In this document: positions 49,700-60,068 of the stretch, piece by piece | Position numbering within the stretch: the stretch's first letter is position 1 | Layout of the letters: each line of letters opens with the position of its first letter | Source of the DNA: an uncultured archaeon | GTDB lineage: Archaea > Asgardarchaeota > Lokiarchaeia > Sigyniarchaeales > SOKP01 | Assembly: GCA_964486045.1 (NCBI GenBank) | Contig: CAZALK010000012.1 | Location: forward strand, 32,001 to 96,000 | Direction of reading: 5' to 3' | DNA length: 64,000 nt | Translations under genes and position numbers: made by a program | Notes under the pieces: model-generated | What the model saw: only the letters and a program-made list of their open reading frames with translations | Database searches by the model: none | Told to the model about the DNA's origin: nothing

Positions 49700-49975
49700 T
49701 CTTTTTTACACCTAATTTAAAGTTTAAATTTCTAATTTTTAAAATTATATAATTATTTATTTTATTTTTATTTATAAATATAGTTTTTGAAGTAAAAGAG
49801 TTTAAAATATTTAGGTATTGCAATAAATTTCTATGATTGGGTGCGATTTTTGCTCTAGTTATTTTTGTATAGATAAATGATGCCCATCCTTGATTTTTGT
49901 CTTCATTTTCTATCCATAGCATGTATACTAACAAAATGCTAATATATTTGAGGGATATATGTGAAAGGATTTAGT

Positions 49976-51793
49976 CTATTGAGTGCGTTTTGATTGGATT
50001 TCTTGCAGAAACTCATAAGAATGATGTCTAAAATATGTATTATATAACCTGGCATAATAACCATTTTTTTGCAAAAGGTTTTCATGATTACCTTCCTCCA
50101 CGATCCTTCCATGATCCAGAACAATAATCCTATCAACATTCCTTACTGTTGTAAGTCTATGAGCAATAACTATTGTTGTTCTCCCCTCCATTACTTTTTC
50201 CATTGCTTCTTGAATCTGAACCTCAGTAAAAGGATCTACCATAGCTGTAGCTTCATCTAATATTAGGATTGACGGATTTTGCATTAAAACTCTAGCAAAT
50301 ACAACTAATTGCCGTTGTCCCATAGATAATACTTTTCCTCTCTCCAAAATAAAGGTATCTATACCATCATCAAGATTTTTAACCCATTCAATACCTCCTG
50401 ATTGTTTTAATGCCCAAATTACGTCTTCTTTCTTAGCATTTGGAGATCCGTATGTAATATTATTGGTAATAGTGTCTGCCCATAGAAAAGGAGTTTGAGG
50501 TATGAATCCTATACTTTGACGAAACTCTCTAAGGGAAATATCTCGAATACTATGGTCATCAATTCGAACATCGCCATCTTGAAACTCATATAAGCGTAGT
50601 AAAATCTTTGTTAAACTAGATTTACCTGCTCCCGTATGACCTACGATAGCAACTTTTTCACCAGGTTGTATTACCAAATTAAAATTTTTAAATATAGGTT
50701 TATCCGCTACATATTCAAATCCTAAATTATCAAATTCAATTTTACCTTTAATCTCATTTAAAACGAAATTTCCTTGTTTTATATAAGATTCAGAATCTTG
50801 AAGAGCGAAAATTCTTTCCGCTGCAGACAATCCTTCTTGAAACTGGGGCCAGAAGCCGGCAATTTGAAGCAACGGTTGGAATAAAACTAAAGAGCTTTGA
50901 AGAAATAAGTATATATCTGAACCACTTAGAACTCCTTGAATTATAAAATTACCCCCAAAAAAGACGAGTAAAGCATATAGAATAGCGATGAGAATGTCTA
51001 GGCTAGGGAAGAGTATTGATAAAAATAGAGCTCTACTCATATTTACTCGAAAGGATTGCTTATTTATAGCTTGAAAATTCTCAAATTGAGCATTTTCTTT
51101 TCGAAAACTCTTAATTATTTGAATACCTGCCATAGATTCTTGTACAAAAGCATTAACTTGTGCTAGGGAACGTTGGCCTAACAGAGACTTTCTTCTAGCA
51201 ACTTTACGAAAAGCTAGTGTAAATGTAAACACTAAGGGTACCATTAACATGAATATTCCAGTTAACAAAGGGTTTATAATAAGCATGGGGATGATAACAA
51301 TTATTAACACGAAAAATGAAGATATTAATTCAGTAAACATAGTAACTGAACCGCCAAATTTCTGTCCATCTGAATTTATCCTACTGACAATTCTTCCCGT
51401 CGGATATTTATCAAAAAAAGATAAATCTTGTTCCAGCACTCGCAAGTTTGTTTGCCTACGTAAATTGTAACATACTCTATAAACCATACGATTCCCTTGG
51501 CGTCTGTTAACATAGTTAAACACATATCCTAAAGAATTTAAGATAAAAATATTTATTAAGAAGATTAGAAGGAGGAAGGGATTCGATTCTAATTCTAATT
51601 GCTTAATAATTAAACTCATTAGGAAGGGAGTTAATCCATATGTCACTGATGAAAGACAAATAAAGGTAATTACAATTATCATAGAACGTCGATGAGGTTT
51701 AAACAATTTAATAACTCTTGTAAACAATTCTCTATCTGAGTAGACTCTATCATAGCCTTCTTCACCTAGTCCAAAAAACCCCATTTTAGACAT
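49976..51793 (-). CDS. ABC exporter half-transporter (consensus Walker B, degenerate signature)
   Basis: 6 TM segments, GHTGAGKS, LSMGQRQ, ILILDEAT, AHR. Confidence 0.95.
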   Translation of the reverse strand: MSKMGFFGLGEEGYDRVYSDRELFTRVIKLFKPHRRSMIIVITFICLSSVTYGLTPFLMSLIIKQLELESNPFLLLIFLINIFILNSLGYVFNYVNRRQGNRMVYRVCYNLRRQTNLRVLEQDLSFFDKYPTGRIVSRINSDGQKFGGSVTMFTELISSFFVLIIVIIPMLIINPLLTGIFMLMVPLVFTFTLAFRKVARRKSLLGQRSLAQVNAFVQESMAGIQIIKSFRKENAQFENFQAINKQSFRVNMSRALFLSILFPSLDILIAILYALLVFFGGNFIIQGVLSGSDIYLFLQSSLVLFQPLLQIAGFWPQFQEGLSAAERIFALQDSESYIKQGNFVLNEIKGKIEFDNLGFEYVADKPIFKNFNLVIQPGEKVAIVGHTGAGKSSLTKILLRLYEFQDGDVRIDDHSIRDISLREFRQSIGFIPQTPFLWADTITNNITYGSPNAKKEDVIWALKQSGGIEWVKNLDDGIDTFILERGKVLSMGQRQLVVFARVLMQNPSILILDEATAMVDPFTEVQIQEAMEKVMEGRTTIVIAHRLTTVRNVDRIIVLDHGRIVEEGNHENLLQKNGYYARLYNTYFRHHSYEFLQEIQSKRTQ

Positions 51794-51798
51794 TCTAA

Positions 51799-53640
51799 TT
51801 AATCTCCTCCTAAAAGTTCAGTTAACGTTTTATCAAAACGCTTAATAAAGATCTTTTGATATTCTCTTGAGTTTTTTAGTAAGTACTCATGCGATCCTTG
51901 ATTGACAATCTCACCTTGACTTAGTACGATAATTAAATCTGCCCATCTAATCTGAGAAAGCCTATGAGTTATGATAAATGTAGTTCTTCCACTTAAAATC
52001 TTGAAAATAGCCTCCTGAATTCTTTCTTCAGTTTCAGAATCTATTGAGGAGCTAGAATCATCCAATATTAATATTTTTGGATCTGTAAGGAAAGCACGGG
52101 CAATTGCAATTCGTTGACGTTCTCCTCCACTTAACTGTACTCCTCTTTCCCCAACCTCTGTATTATATTGGTCTGGCAGATTTTGTATAAATTCATGGGC
52201 TTGTGCTTCTTGAGCAACAGAAATTACTTGTTTCTCAGAGGAATCCCTCCCAAAAGCAATATTGTCGAAAATTGAATTTGAAAAAATAAAAATATCTTGC
52301 TCAATATATGCAATTTGGTCACGAAGAGATTTTAGAGAAAAATTTTTGACATCAGTCCCATCAATTAAAATTCGACCGTTATTAACATCATATAACCTTG
52401 ATATCAATTTAGTAAGTGTTGTTTTTCCAGAACCTGTTGTTCCTACTATTGCTACAGTCTGTCCCGCTGATACTTCAAAATTTATATTTTTTAGAACTTT
52501 ATTTTGAGTACCGGGATAAGAAAAGGAAAGATTCTCAAATTTTATATTCCCTTTTATTTTCTTAGATATTGCCCCATCAATATCATAAATCTCTGATTTC
52601 TTATTCATTAGTTCTAACAGTCTTCCTGCTCCTACAATTGCTTCTTGTACCATTAAAAATGACCTAATTGAAGCATTAACAGGGAAGCGTAAACGCAGTA
52701 ATAACCCTATAAAGCCTAATACATCACCAATAGACATAACACCAGATCTGTTATAAAAAATGCTGATAGTTAAACCCAATGTTATTGTGATTGAAAGAAA
52801 TAATATAGGAAGATATTTTGCTTGTATATCTCCCTGTTCTATACCCGCATCTCTATAATTAACAGCACTATCTTTATATTTTTCTACACTTTGCTCTTCC
52901 TGAGCCATAGATTTTACGACTTCTATTCCAGATAATGATTCATTTAATACAGTATTCATACTTCCAAAAGCAAGCCGTCTTTTAATTGTGGGTGGAGTTA
53001 ACTTCTTCAAAAACTTTCTTAGATATAATATGAATATGATGCTAAAAATAACAGGGATAAATACTAGTTCTATAGGATAATTAAAACCAATTAAATAAAC
53101 AGGAACAATTAAATTAATACTAGCATCTAAAATCATACCTAATGCAGGAGAAATTAAAAAGTTTAAAAATCTTACATCATTAGTTGCCCGAGCCATTAAA
53201 TCTCCAATACGTTGGGAATCATGGAACGATTGACTTTTGCCTAGCAAATTGAGGTAAAATTCTTTACGTACATCTCTTTCTATTCTTTGAGCAATAATTT
53301 CTCGAAAAGTTCTTCCTAACAATCCTGAAATTGGGCTTCCTAACCCTATAAATAAAACCAAAAGTGTATAATTAACCACCAAATGTGAGTTCCCTGGAGT
53401 AGCAAATATGTCTATTGCTTTTCCGATTATAACATAAAGGATAGACCCAAAATATGATGTTAATACGATAAAAGTAAAAAATAGAATAATGAGATATTTA
53501 TTAGACTTATTCACCATATGTTTAAGTATCCAAATTCTAACTCCCTTATGCCGAGAATTAAAAAAGTCATCTTTATCTAAATGAAATTCCGATTTATTTT
53601 TCAAAATAGAGTTCTGATTTTTTGTTTTCTGACTTTTCAA
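51799..53640 (-). CDS. ABC exporter half-transporter (degenerate Walker B); heterodimer partner
   Basis: 6 TM segments, GTTGSGKT, LSGGERQ, ILILDDSS, THR. Confidence 0.95.
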   Translation of the reverse strand: MKSQKTKNQNSILKNKSEFHLDKDDFFNSRHKGVRIWILKHMVNKSNKYLIILFFTFIVLTSYFGSILYVIIGKAIDIFATPGNSHLVVNYTLLVLFIGLGSPISGLLGRTFREIIAQRIERDVRKEFYLNLLGKSQSFHDSQRIGDLMARATNDVRFLNFLISPALGMILDASINLIVPVYLIGFNYPIELVFIPVIFSIIFILYLRKFLKKLTPPTIKRRLAFGSMNTVLNESLSGIEVVKSMAQEEQSVEKYKDSAVNYRDAGIEQGDIQAKYLPILFLSITITLGLTISIFYNRSGVMSIGDVLGFIGLLLRLRFPVNASIRSFLMVQEAIVGAGRLLELMNKKSEIYDIDGAISKKIKGNIKFENLSFSYPGTQNKVLKNINFEVSAGQTVAIVGTTGSGKTTLTKLISRLYDVNNGRILIDGTDVKNFSLKSLRDQIAYIEQDIFIFSNSIFDNIAFGRDSSEKQVISVAQEAQAHEFIQNLPDQYNTEVGERGVQLSGGERQRIAIARAFLTDPKILILDDSSSSIDSETEERIQEAIFKILSGRTTFIITHRLSQIRWADLIIVLSQGEIVNQGSHEYLLKNSREYQKIFIKRFDKTLTELLGGD

Positions 53641-53832
53641 AAAGTAATATCCTCGTTTTAGTTTCCTTTTTGCACTTTTTAATATAAGAAAAGAAAAGAA
53701 GAAATTAAGTTTTTCTATTATTTTACTTTATGACTATCTTGGATATTAAGAAAGCAGAGATATTCACAAGATTTAACATTAGATGCTATTTTATCTTAAT
53801 AAGTTCAATTCTATTATCCATGTATTTTTCTC

Positions 53833-53985
53833 ATTGCAAATATATTGGTCATAGATGATACGGATTTTATAGGTATCTTATTAGTAAACGAGTATCAAAG
53901 GTTAGGATATAGTCTAAAATTAGTAATTAGAGAGAGTTGTTATATCATTCCATTTGAAGAAATAAAAAAGATCGAATTGCTATAG
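53833..53985 (+). pseudogene. Decayed remnant of an NAD(P)-binding epimerase/SDR N-terminus
   Basis: Translates as IANILVIDDTDFIGILLVNEYQRLGYSLKLVIRE...IELL*, resembling ILVTGGTGFIG..LV..L...GY.V..LVR with Gly-to-Asp changes. Confidence 0.4.
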
Positions 53986-54028
53986 GATTAACTCACAATC
54001 TATGAGATTAAAAATAATTAATTAATTT

Positions 54029-54781
54029 CTAGACTAATTCAATTAACTCCGTTAAACTCTCAATTTTTTTAGCGTGCTTCCAATTTTCTTCTGATTTTTT
54101 TTGATTTGAAGAAAACTGTCTTAAATTGTAATCATCAATTAATTCCGTAGCCAAATGAGTTCTGCGTTGAATTAAAATGGGGTATATTCTAGCACTATAA
54201 GCTGCGTCCATATCTTCTTTTGAATCACCTATATAACAAACTTGTTCCGGGTGTAGCTTAGTTTTTTTTAATGCAAAGGAAAAAATCATGGGATCTGGTT
54301 TTTTAAAACCTACCTCACTTGATATTGTAATCGAATCAAAAAAATTCGTTAGTTTCTCTTCATTTAACAAAGAATAGACATAAGGAGGATGGTCAAAATT
54401 CGTTATTAAAGCCAATGTTTTACTTTTCTTTAGCACTTCTAACACTGGTAACGCATCAGGATCTAAAGGTACATATGTTCTCCAAGCATTTATCGTGTTA
54501 TTTACCATTTTTCTTACAGTTTCTATTTCTAATTGCAAATCTAATTCAAGTCCTAAAGAATAAATTCTTTTTTCATATATTGTTAGTCTATGATTATTAA
54601 TTGCAGGCTCCTTCTTTGCCAGAAATCCATCACACTTTAATTCAAATGATTTTTGTGTCATATCTAGTCCAAATTCCTCAAATTCCTCAAAAAGTGCTTG
54701 TAACCACCTTTCCCAAGCTTTCTGCATATCACTATATATCATTAGCGTTCCGAAAAGATCAAAAAAAACTCCTTTTATCAT
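54029..54781 (-). CDS. HAD-superfamily hydrolase
   Basis: FDLFGTL, ITN, KKPDP, IGDS..D. Confidence 0.9.
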   Translation of the reverse strand: MIKGVFFDLFGTLMIYSDMQKAWERWLQALFEEFEEFGLDMTQKSFELKCDGFLAKKEPAINNHRLTIYEKRIYSLGLELDLQLEIETVRKMVNNTINAWRTYVPLDPDALPVLEVLKKSKTLALITNFDHPPYVYSLLNEEKLTNFFDSITISSEVGFKKPDPMIFSFALKKTKLHPEQVCYIGDSKEDMDAAYSARIYPILIQRRTHLATELIDDYNLRQFSSNQKKSEENWKHAKKIESLTELIELV

Positions 54782-54916
54782 TTTCTCCCAGTTTTTTTTT
54801 TTAATTTTAATCAGATAGTGTTAAAAATTTAAATGTAATTTGTATATTCCAAAATAAGCAATTATTTATATTTTCTCTTATCACATTGTATTTTAATAAA
54901 ATCAAAAAAAACATAA

Positions 54917-56356
54917 TTGGTTAGAATGAATAAAGAAGATATTTGTTTTATGTCAGCAATCGACATGGGAGTTAAAATAAAATCTCAGGAATTGTCATCC
55001 TTGGAGATAACTGAAGCTATAATAGAAAGAATTGAGAAAGTTAACCCTCTCATTAATGCATTTTGTACTCCAACCTTTGAAATAGCAAGAGACATGGCTA
55101 AGAAAGCAGATGAGATGGTAAGAAAAGGAGAAGAAATCGGACCTTTACATGGTATTCCTACTTCAATTAAAGATTTAATGCAAACCAAAGGGATCAAAAC
55201 AACTTATGGGTCAAAATTATACGAAGACTTTATCCCTGATATAGATGACATTGCTGTACAAAGGCTAAAAAAGGCTGGTTGCGTTTTATTGGGAAAAACT
55301 AATACTCCCGACTTCGGGCATATAGCTCTAACAATAAATAAACTATTTGGAGAAACCAAAAATCCTTGGAATATCGAAAAAAATTCGGGAGGTTCCAGTG
55401 GTGGTGCTGCAGCGGCTGTTGCAAGTGGATTAGGACCATTAGCTTTAGGTTCTGATGGTGGTGGTTCAATCAGAGTCCCCAGTAGTTGCTGTGGTGTATA
55501 TGGTCTAAAAACTACATATGGTCGTATTCCAAGTTATCCCCGTATTGGCATAGGTTTTACTTCTATGGATCATTACGGACCAATTGTAAACTATGTAAAA
55601 GATGCTGCTTTAATGTTGAATGTTGTGAAAGGGCATCATCCTGCAGATAACAATTCTTTTCCTGATGATGGTATAGATTATATCAAAATCATTGAAGATA
55701 AACCGAAAAAACTAAAAATTGGTTACTCTTTAAGCTTAGGTTTTTTTAAAGCACTTGATGAAGAAATCGAGAATAATATACTTACTAATATTCAGAATTT
55801 TGAAAAACTTGATTGGGATGTAGAAGAAGCAAATTTAAAATTAAGAAATCCGGAATTATCATTCAAGACTTTAGTTGCTACTGGCTATGCATATGATTTT
55901 AAAAAAGAATTCACTAAAAGAATTGAAGATCTAGGTCCAGATTTAGCTAGTACTATTAGATTTGGCTTAGATTGTAGCATGATGAGTATTGGAAAAGCGA
56001 AAGACCAACGAAAAAAGCTTTATGAAGCACTATATAGATATTTTAAGGACTACGATCTCTTGATTACACCAACTACCCCTTGTCCCGCATTTAAAGTAGA
56101 GCAAAGGGAATCAGGGACAATATTTCCTATGGTAAATAAGAAATCATTAAATATAGTTAGTTGGATGGCTTATACTTATCCCTTTAATATGAGTGGGTTA
56201 CCCGCTGCATCGATTCCATCTGGTTGGACAAAATCGGGTCTACCTATTGGAATGCAGATTATTGGAAGACGGTATGATGAAAAAACAGTTCTTCAAGTTT
56301 CTCAAGCTCTTGAAGAAATTGCTCCTTGGCAAAAAGTCAGACCGAATTTTAATTGA
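54917..56356 (+). CDS. Amidase-signature family enzyme
   Basis: IKD, GKTN, GGSSGGAAAAVA, GSDGGGSIR.P, GLPIGMQ. Confidence 0.95.
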   Translation: MVRMNKEDICFMSAIDMGVKIKSQELSSLEITEAIIERIEKVNPLINAFCTPTFEIARDMAKKADEMVRKGEEIGPLHGIPTSIKDLMQTKGIKTTYGSKLYEDFIPDIDDIAVQRLKKAGCVLLGKTNTPDFGHIALTINKLFGETKNPWNIEKNSGGSSGGAAAAVASGLGPLALGSDGGGSIRVPSSCCGVYGLKTTYGRIPSYPRIGIGFTSMDHYGPIVNYVKDAALMLNVVKGHHPADNNSFPDDGIDYIKIIEDKPKKLKIGYSLSLGFFKALDEEIENNILTNIQNFEKLDWDVEEANLKLRNPELSFKTLVATGYAYDFKKEFTKRIEDLGPDLASTIRFGLDCSMMSIGKAKDQRKKLYEALYRYFKDYDLLITPTTPCPAFKVEQRESGTIFPMVNKKSLNIVSWMAYTYPFNMSGLPAASIPSGWTKSGLPIGMQIIGRRYDEKTVLQVSQALEEIAPWQKVRPNFN

Positions 56357-56397
56357 AATTTAAATCTAGATTATTTTCTTTTTTTTTACAATATTTA

Positions 56398-57483
56398 TTA
56401 AGATTTGATTTTAGATGTTGTAATGTATGAAGAATCTCCGACCGTAATGCTTTTTTTAATTAAGTCTTCTAAAATTGAATAATCACCAATAATACTCTCT
56501 GAGGATATTATTTTTTTTAACCTCCCGCCATCACCTATTACAGAATCCGATAGTATACATTTTTTGAGACTGACGTTATCACCAATAGATACATTAGGAC
56601 CAATAACAGAGTCAGAAATTTCAACATTACTCCCAATAAAAACAGGAGGTACTATTTTTGAATCAATTATATTACCAGATTTGATTAGTTTCTCATATGT
56701 TGGATCTTGTATTTTTATTTCCGAAAGCAATAAGCGATTACCAGCTAACAAGCTTTCTGGTCTTCCAAAATCTAAGATTTCTCTTTTCATTTCATTTATT
56801 TTAAACTTAAATCCTTCTTCGATGAGTTGTTGTATAATGGGAGATATTTCATGCTCTTGACCATTTTCTAGATGAAGTTTGTTTTGTTCTTCTAATAATT
56901 TAAATAATCTGGGGGTTGCATTCATCCCAAATAGATATGAACCAGAAACGGCAAAATTAGACTTTGGTTTTACTGGTTTTTCGACAATTTTTCTAATAAT
57001 CCCAGTTTCGTCTATTTCGACGACTCCATAAAACTCTGGATTAGTTACTTGTCTTACATTTATAATTCCATCACATATATCATCATGAAAATTCAATAAA
57101 ACCTGGGAATAGTCTTCCATGGGTAATCTATCACTGAAAAATACAAAAATGTCATCATTTTCAGCATAATCTTTAGCTAGTAATATTGCATCTCCAATAC
57201 CACTAAAAAAAGGGGTGTCCGCTTCATACCCTAATGGTTTTTGTTCTACAAAATGAAGCCTAAAATAATCTGAGTGAGTTTTCTTAAGATAGTCTGTTAT
57301 TTGTCTCTTCTTATAGCCAACAATGAAACATATATTAGTGTCTTTTGGAAAAGTATTCTTCAATTTTTTGAGAATATGATCAATTAACCGTTTCCCTGCA
57401 ATTTTTAAAAAAGCTTTTGGCTTAGAATATGTAAACGGTTGTAATCTTTTCCCAACACTAGCGATAGGACAAATTAGCCACAT
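56398..57483 (-). CDS. Glucose-1-phosphate thymidylyltransferase-like nucleotidyltransferase with C-terminal beta-helix
   Basis: GKRLQPFT..KPK, YGVVE, VEKP, DFGRPE.LL.GN, hexapeptide repeats. Confidence 0.88.
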   Translation of the reverse strand: MWLICPIASVGKRLQPFTYSKPKAFLKIAGKRLIDHILKKLKNTFPKDTNICFIVGYKKRQITDYLKKTHSDYFRLHFVEQKPLGYEADTPFFSGIGDAILLAKDYAENDDIFVFFSDRLPMEDYSQVLLNFHDDICDGIINVRQVTNPEFYGVVEIDETGIIRKIVEKPVKPKSNFAVSGSYLFGMNATPRLFKLLEEQNKLHLENGQEHEISPIIQQLIEEGFKFKINEMKREILDFGRPESLLAGNRLLLSEIKIQDPTYEKLIKSGNIIDSKIVPPVFIGSNVEISDSVIGPNVSIGDNVSLKKCILSDSVIGDGGRLKKIISSESIIGDYSILEDLIKKSITVGDSSYITTSKIKS

Positions 57484-57564
57484 TTACGTTTAAAGCGTGT
57501 AGTATTTCTTGTAACATTATAAAAATGGATAAAATATAAAGTATTTTGAATTTTTCTTGAATGA

Positions 57565-58098
57565 TTAAAATGTTCCCAATATTTTATCTAAGATCTCGTA
57601 ATATGTTGCTTCATTTAATTTTACTTGAATAATATTTTTTAATTTTCTGATATAATAATTATCTGAATTCGTTCTTTTTGTTCCATAAATTAATTTATTT
57701 AGAGCAATTCTAGTTTTCTCATCTAAAAGTTTAGGTGGAATTTTTTTGTAATCTTCCACCAATTCCTTTTTGTCAGAGATTTTTATTGATTTTTGTTTTT
57801 GCTTAGTTACATTTTTAATTCTTGAGTAAAGGTTATTTATCCATGTTTCAATTTTTTCAATATCTCCTTTTAGATATGTCCTCTGATTAAGCCAATTTTT
57901 GAATTCAATGATATCTTGTAAGAATGTATTAACTTCAGAAATCTCAACCTTCTGAGTGTGGTCTTTTTGTACCATCTTACGAATCTTTTTTTTTTTTAAA
58001 ATCTGAACTTCATTACTCGTAAGACGCCTAAAAGCATCTTCTCGTTTCTTTTCTTCATCTTTTGATTTCTTTTTTGTGACCCATTTTTCAATTGACAT
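57565..58098 (-). CDS. Hypothetical basic protein
   Basis: 177-aa ORF with AGGAGG upstream. Confidence 0.75.
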   Translation of the reverse strand: MSIEKWVTKKKSKDEEKKREDAFRRLTSNEVQILKKKKIRKMVQKDHTQKVEISEVNTFLQDIIEFKNWLNQRTYLKGDIEKIETWINNLYSRIKNVTKQKQKSIKISDKKELVEDYKKIPPKLLDEKTRIALNKLIYGTKRTNSDNYYIRKLKNIIQVKLNEATYYEILDKILGTF

Positions 58099-58233
58099 CT
58101 AATTCCTCCTAAGGAAAAAAAAATATCAACTAATTATTTCTTTGTTATTAACCATCTGACAAATACTCAAGATCATGTTAATTTTACTATACATAAATTA
58201 AAATTCCCAGTATTTTCTATTATTATTAGTACC

Positions 58234-58974
58234 ATGAAGATAAAAGCAATAATTTTTGATTTTGGTTTTACTTTGTTTTATTTTGATAATCCTTCAGTTG
58301 AAAGATATAACGAATGCTTTAAAAAAGGACTCTTAAAATCCATTGAATCTTTAAAAGAGAAGCAAGTTTGGGACGAGCATCTTTCAGATGAGTCATTCAT
58401 TAAGAAGTTTTTTGAAAAACGGGCAGAATGTTTCCGCGAAAGTTTTAAAACGAAAACAGAGTTTCCAACCTCTCAAATATACCAAGATGTGTTGGAAAAA
58501 AGTTTAGATAAGGAAACCTATGAAAGATTAGCAGAAATCTATCATTCATATGAGGGGAAAGAATGGAAACCGTTTCCTACAACAAAGGAAACATTAGATA
58601 AATTATCAAAATATGATGATCTTAAATTAGCTGTTCTTTCTAATCACCCTAATCATAAAATGGTTGAGAATTCATTAAAAGAATATAGTCTTTTTAGTTA
58701 CTTCGATGTGGTCGTTACTTCCGATGAATTCGGGAGAAGAAAGCCAGATCCTAACATTTTTGTTTACACTCTCAATAAGATGGGTTTAAAGGATGAGACT
58801 GATTCTGTTATTGTATGCGGGGATGATTATGCTGACATTATAGGTGCTCAACGTGCTAACTTACAATCAGTTCTTGTCGAAAGAAAATACAAATTTCCCT
58901 ATGAAAGAGAGCTTAATGTCCCTAATTTAAGGAGAATTGATAATATTAGTGAAATACTAAACTTTATTGAATAA
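58234..58974 (+). CDS. HAD-superfamily hydrolase
   Basis: FDFGFTL, LSN, RKPDP, GDD..ADI.GA. Confidence 0.9.
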   Translation: MKIKAIIFDFGFTLFYFDNPSVERYNECFKKGLLKSIESLKEKQVWDEHLSDESFIKKFFEKRAECFRESFKTKTEFPTSQIYQDVLEKSLDKETYERLAEIYHSYEGKEWKPFPTTKETLDKLSKYDDLKLAVLSNHPNHKMVENSLKEYSLFSYFDVVVTSDEFGRRKPDPNIFVYTLNKMGLKDETDSVIVCGDDYADIIGAQRANLQSVLVERKYKFPYERELNVPNLRRIDNISEILNFIE

Positions 58975-59012
58975 AAACTGATTTAAAAGCGGTGGTATTA
59001 CTCAAAAAGTAA

Positions 59013-59139
59013 TGGCCCGAGGGGGATTTATTCTCGTGAAGAGATTTTCTGCACATATTGAACCCTCGATTACCTGGTTCGCAACCAGGTGCCTTCAACC
59101 TTATTTTTTGTAAGTCTATCCAGGCTGGACTATCGGGCC
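59013..59139 (-). tRNA. tRNA-Arg(GCG) with two non-canonical introns (D-arm and T-loop)
   Basis: After removing 59094-59115 and 59028-59057 the sequence reads GGCCCGA TA GTCC AGCCTGGATA GGGC A CCTGG TTGCGAA CCAGG TAATC GAGGG TTCAAAT CCCCC TCGGGCC A. Confidence 0.92.
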
Positions 59140-59424
59140 ACTTTTATACATGTTTTTCTATTTTTTATAGTTAATAATTCTCTAAAATACTTACGTAATC
59201 ATTTTTAATAGAAATGTGACTTTAATATTGGTGGATTATAAAATTTTTATGACTTAAGATCAACTTCAATATTGTTCTTCTTGAAGTAAAATTAATTGAT
59301 AACTATAAAAGTCTATTTAAAATTAAATGATTGAATGAAAATTTAAAATATTGGCTAAGAATAGCTTTTCGGTAGTAAGATTTATAATAGTAATGATTTT
59401 TTTAAATGTTAATTAATTTAAATT

Positions 59425-59889
59425 TTGATTATTAAAGATTTAATGCATTTTTTAAAAGATAGAATAACGACTCGTATAATTTTATATTTCCTTATTCCTT
59501 TAATATTTGTAGTTCTTATTGCTAAACCATTGTATTTTTTATTTACATTTTTAATGCATTTTTGGTTTGTGTCTTTCCCATTATTTTTCATAATTATTAT
59601 TGCTCTAAGAATATTTTCCCGAAAACGGGATTATAAGAAGATGTACCTTTCTCGTGATAATAAGTCAAATCAGAAAGATTTCGAAACTACTACAAGGAAA
59701 AGTGCTTTTAATAATGAAAAACTTTCAAAACCATATATTTCATGGCTGAAGAAAGGTATCCTAAAAAAATTCTACAAGACCAAAGATAATTCTTTTAATG
59801 ATGTTTTTGCAGTTATTATAGCCTTAATTCTATTAATTCTTGGTTTTTTTCTGGTTTTAGCATTCAATAACGGAGTACCTCTTTTCTGA
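59425..59889 (+). CDS. Hypothetical membrane protein
   Basis: Three hydrophobic segments; located next to the tRNA. Confidence 0.55.
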   Translation: MIIKDLMHFLKDRITTRIILYFLIPLIFVVLIAKPLYFLFTFLMHFWFVSFPLFFIIIIALRIFSRKRDYKKMYLSRDNKSNQKDFETTTRKSAFNNEKLSKPYISWLKKGILKKFYKTKDNSFNDVFAVIIALILLILGFFLVLAFNNGVPLF

Positions 59890-60068
59890 TGAGCTCCTCG
59901 TATTATATAGAAGACTTTTAATTAGGATCAGATGAACTTTTTTACTACTTTCATGATACTAATATTTTATCAAACTACCCCACATATGTAGTAAAGAGAC
60001 TAAATAAAAAATAAGAGAACAAGAAAAAAGTAATAAATATCTCTACATAATTTAATACAAGAATTCTC

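Noticed and set aside
49976-53640. Degenerate ABC motifs (LSMGQ, LDD) as novelty or pseudogenisation
   Set aside because: This is the normal asymmetry of heterodimeric ABC exporters (TM287/288 type).
54917-56356. Calling the amidase gatA
   Set aside because: No gatB/gatC nearby, and the motifs fit a generic amidase-signature enzyme.
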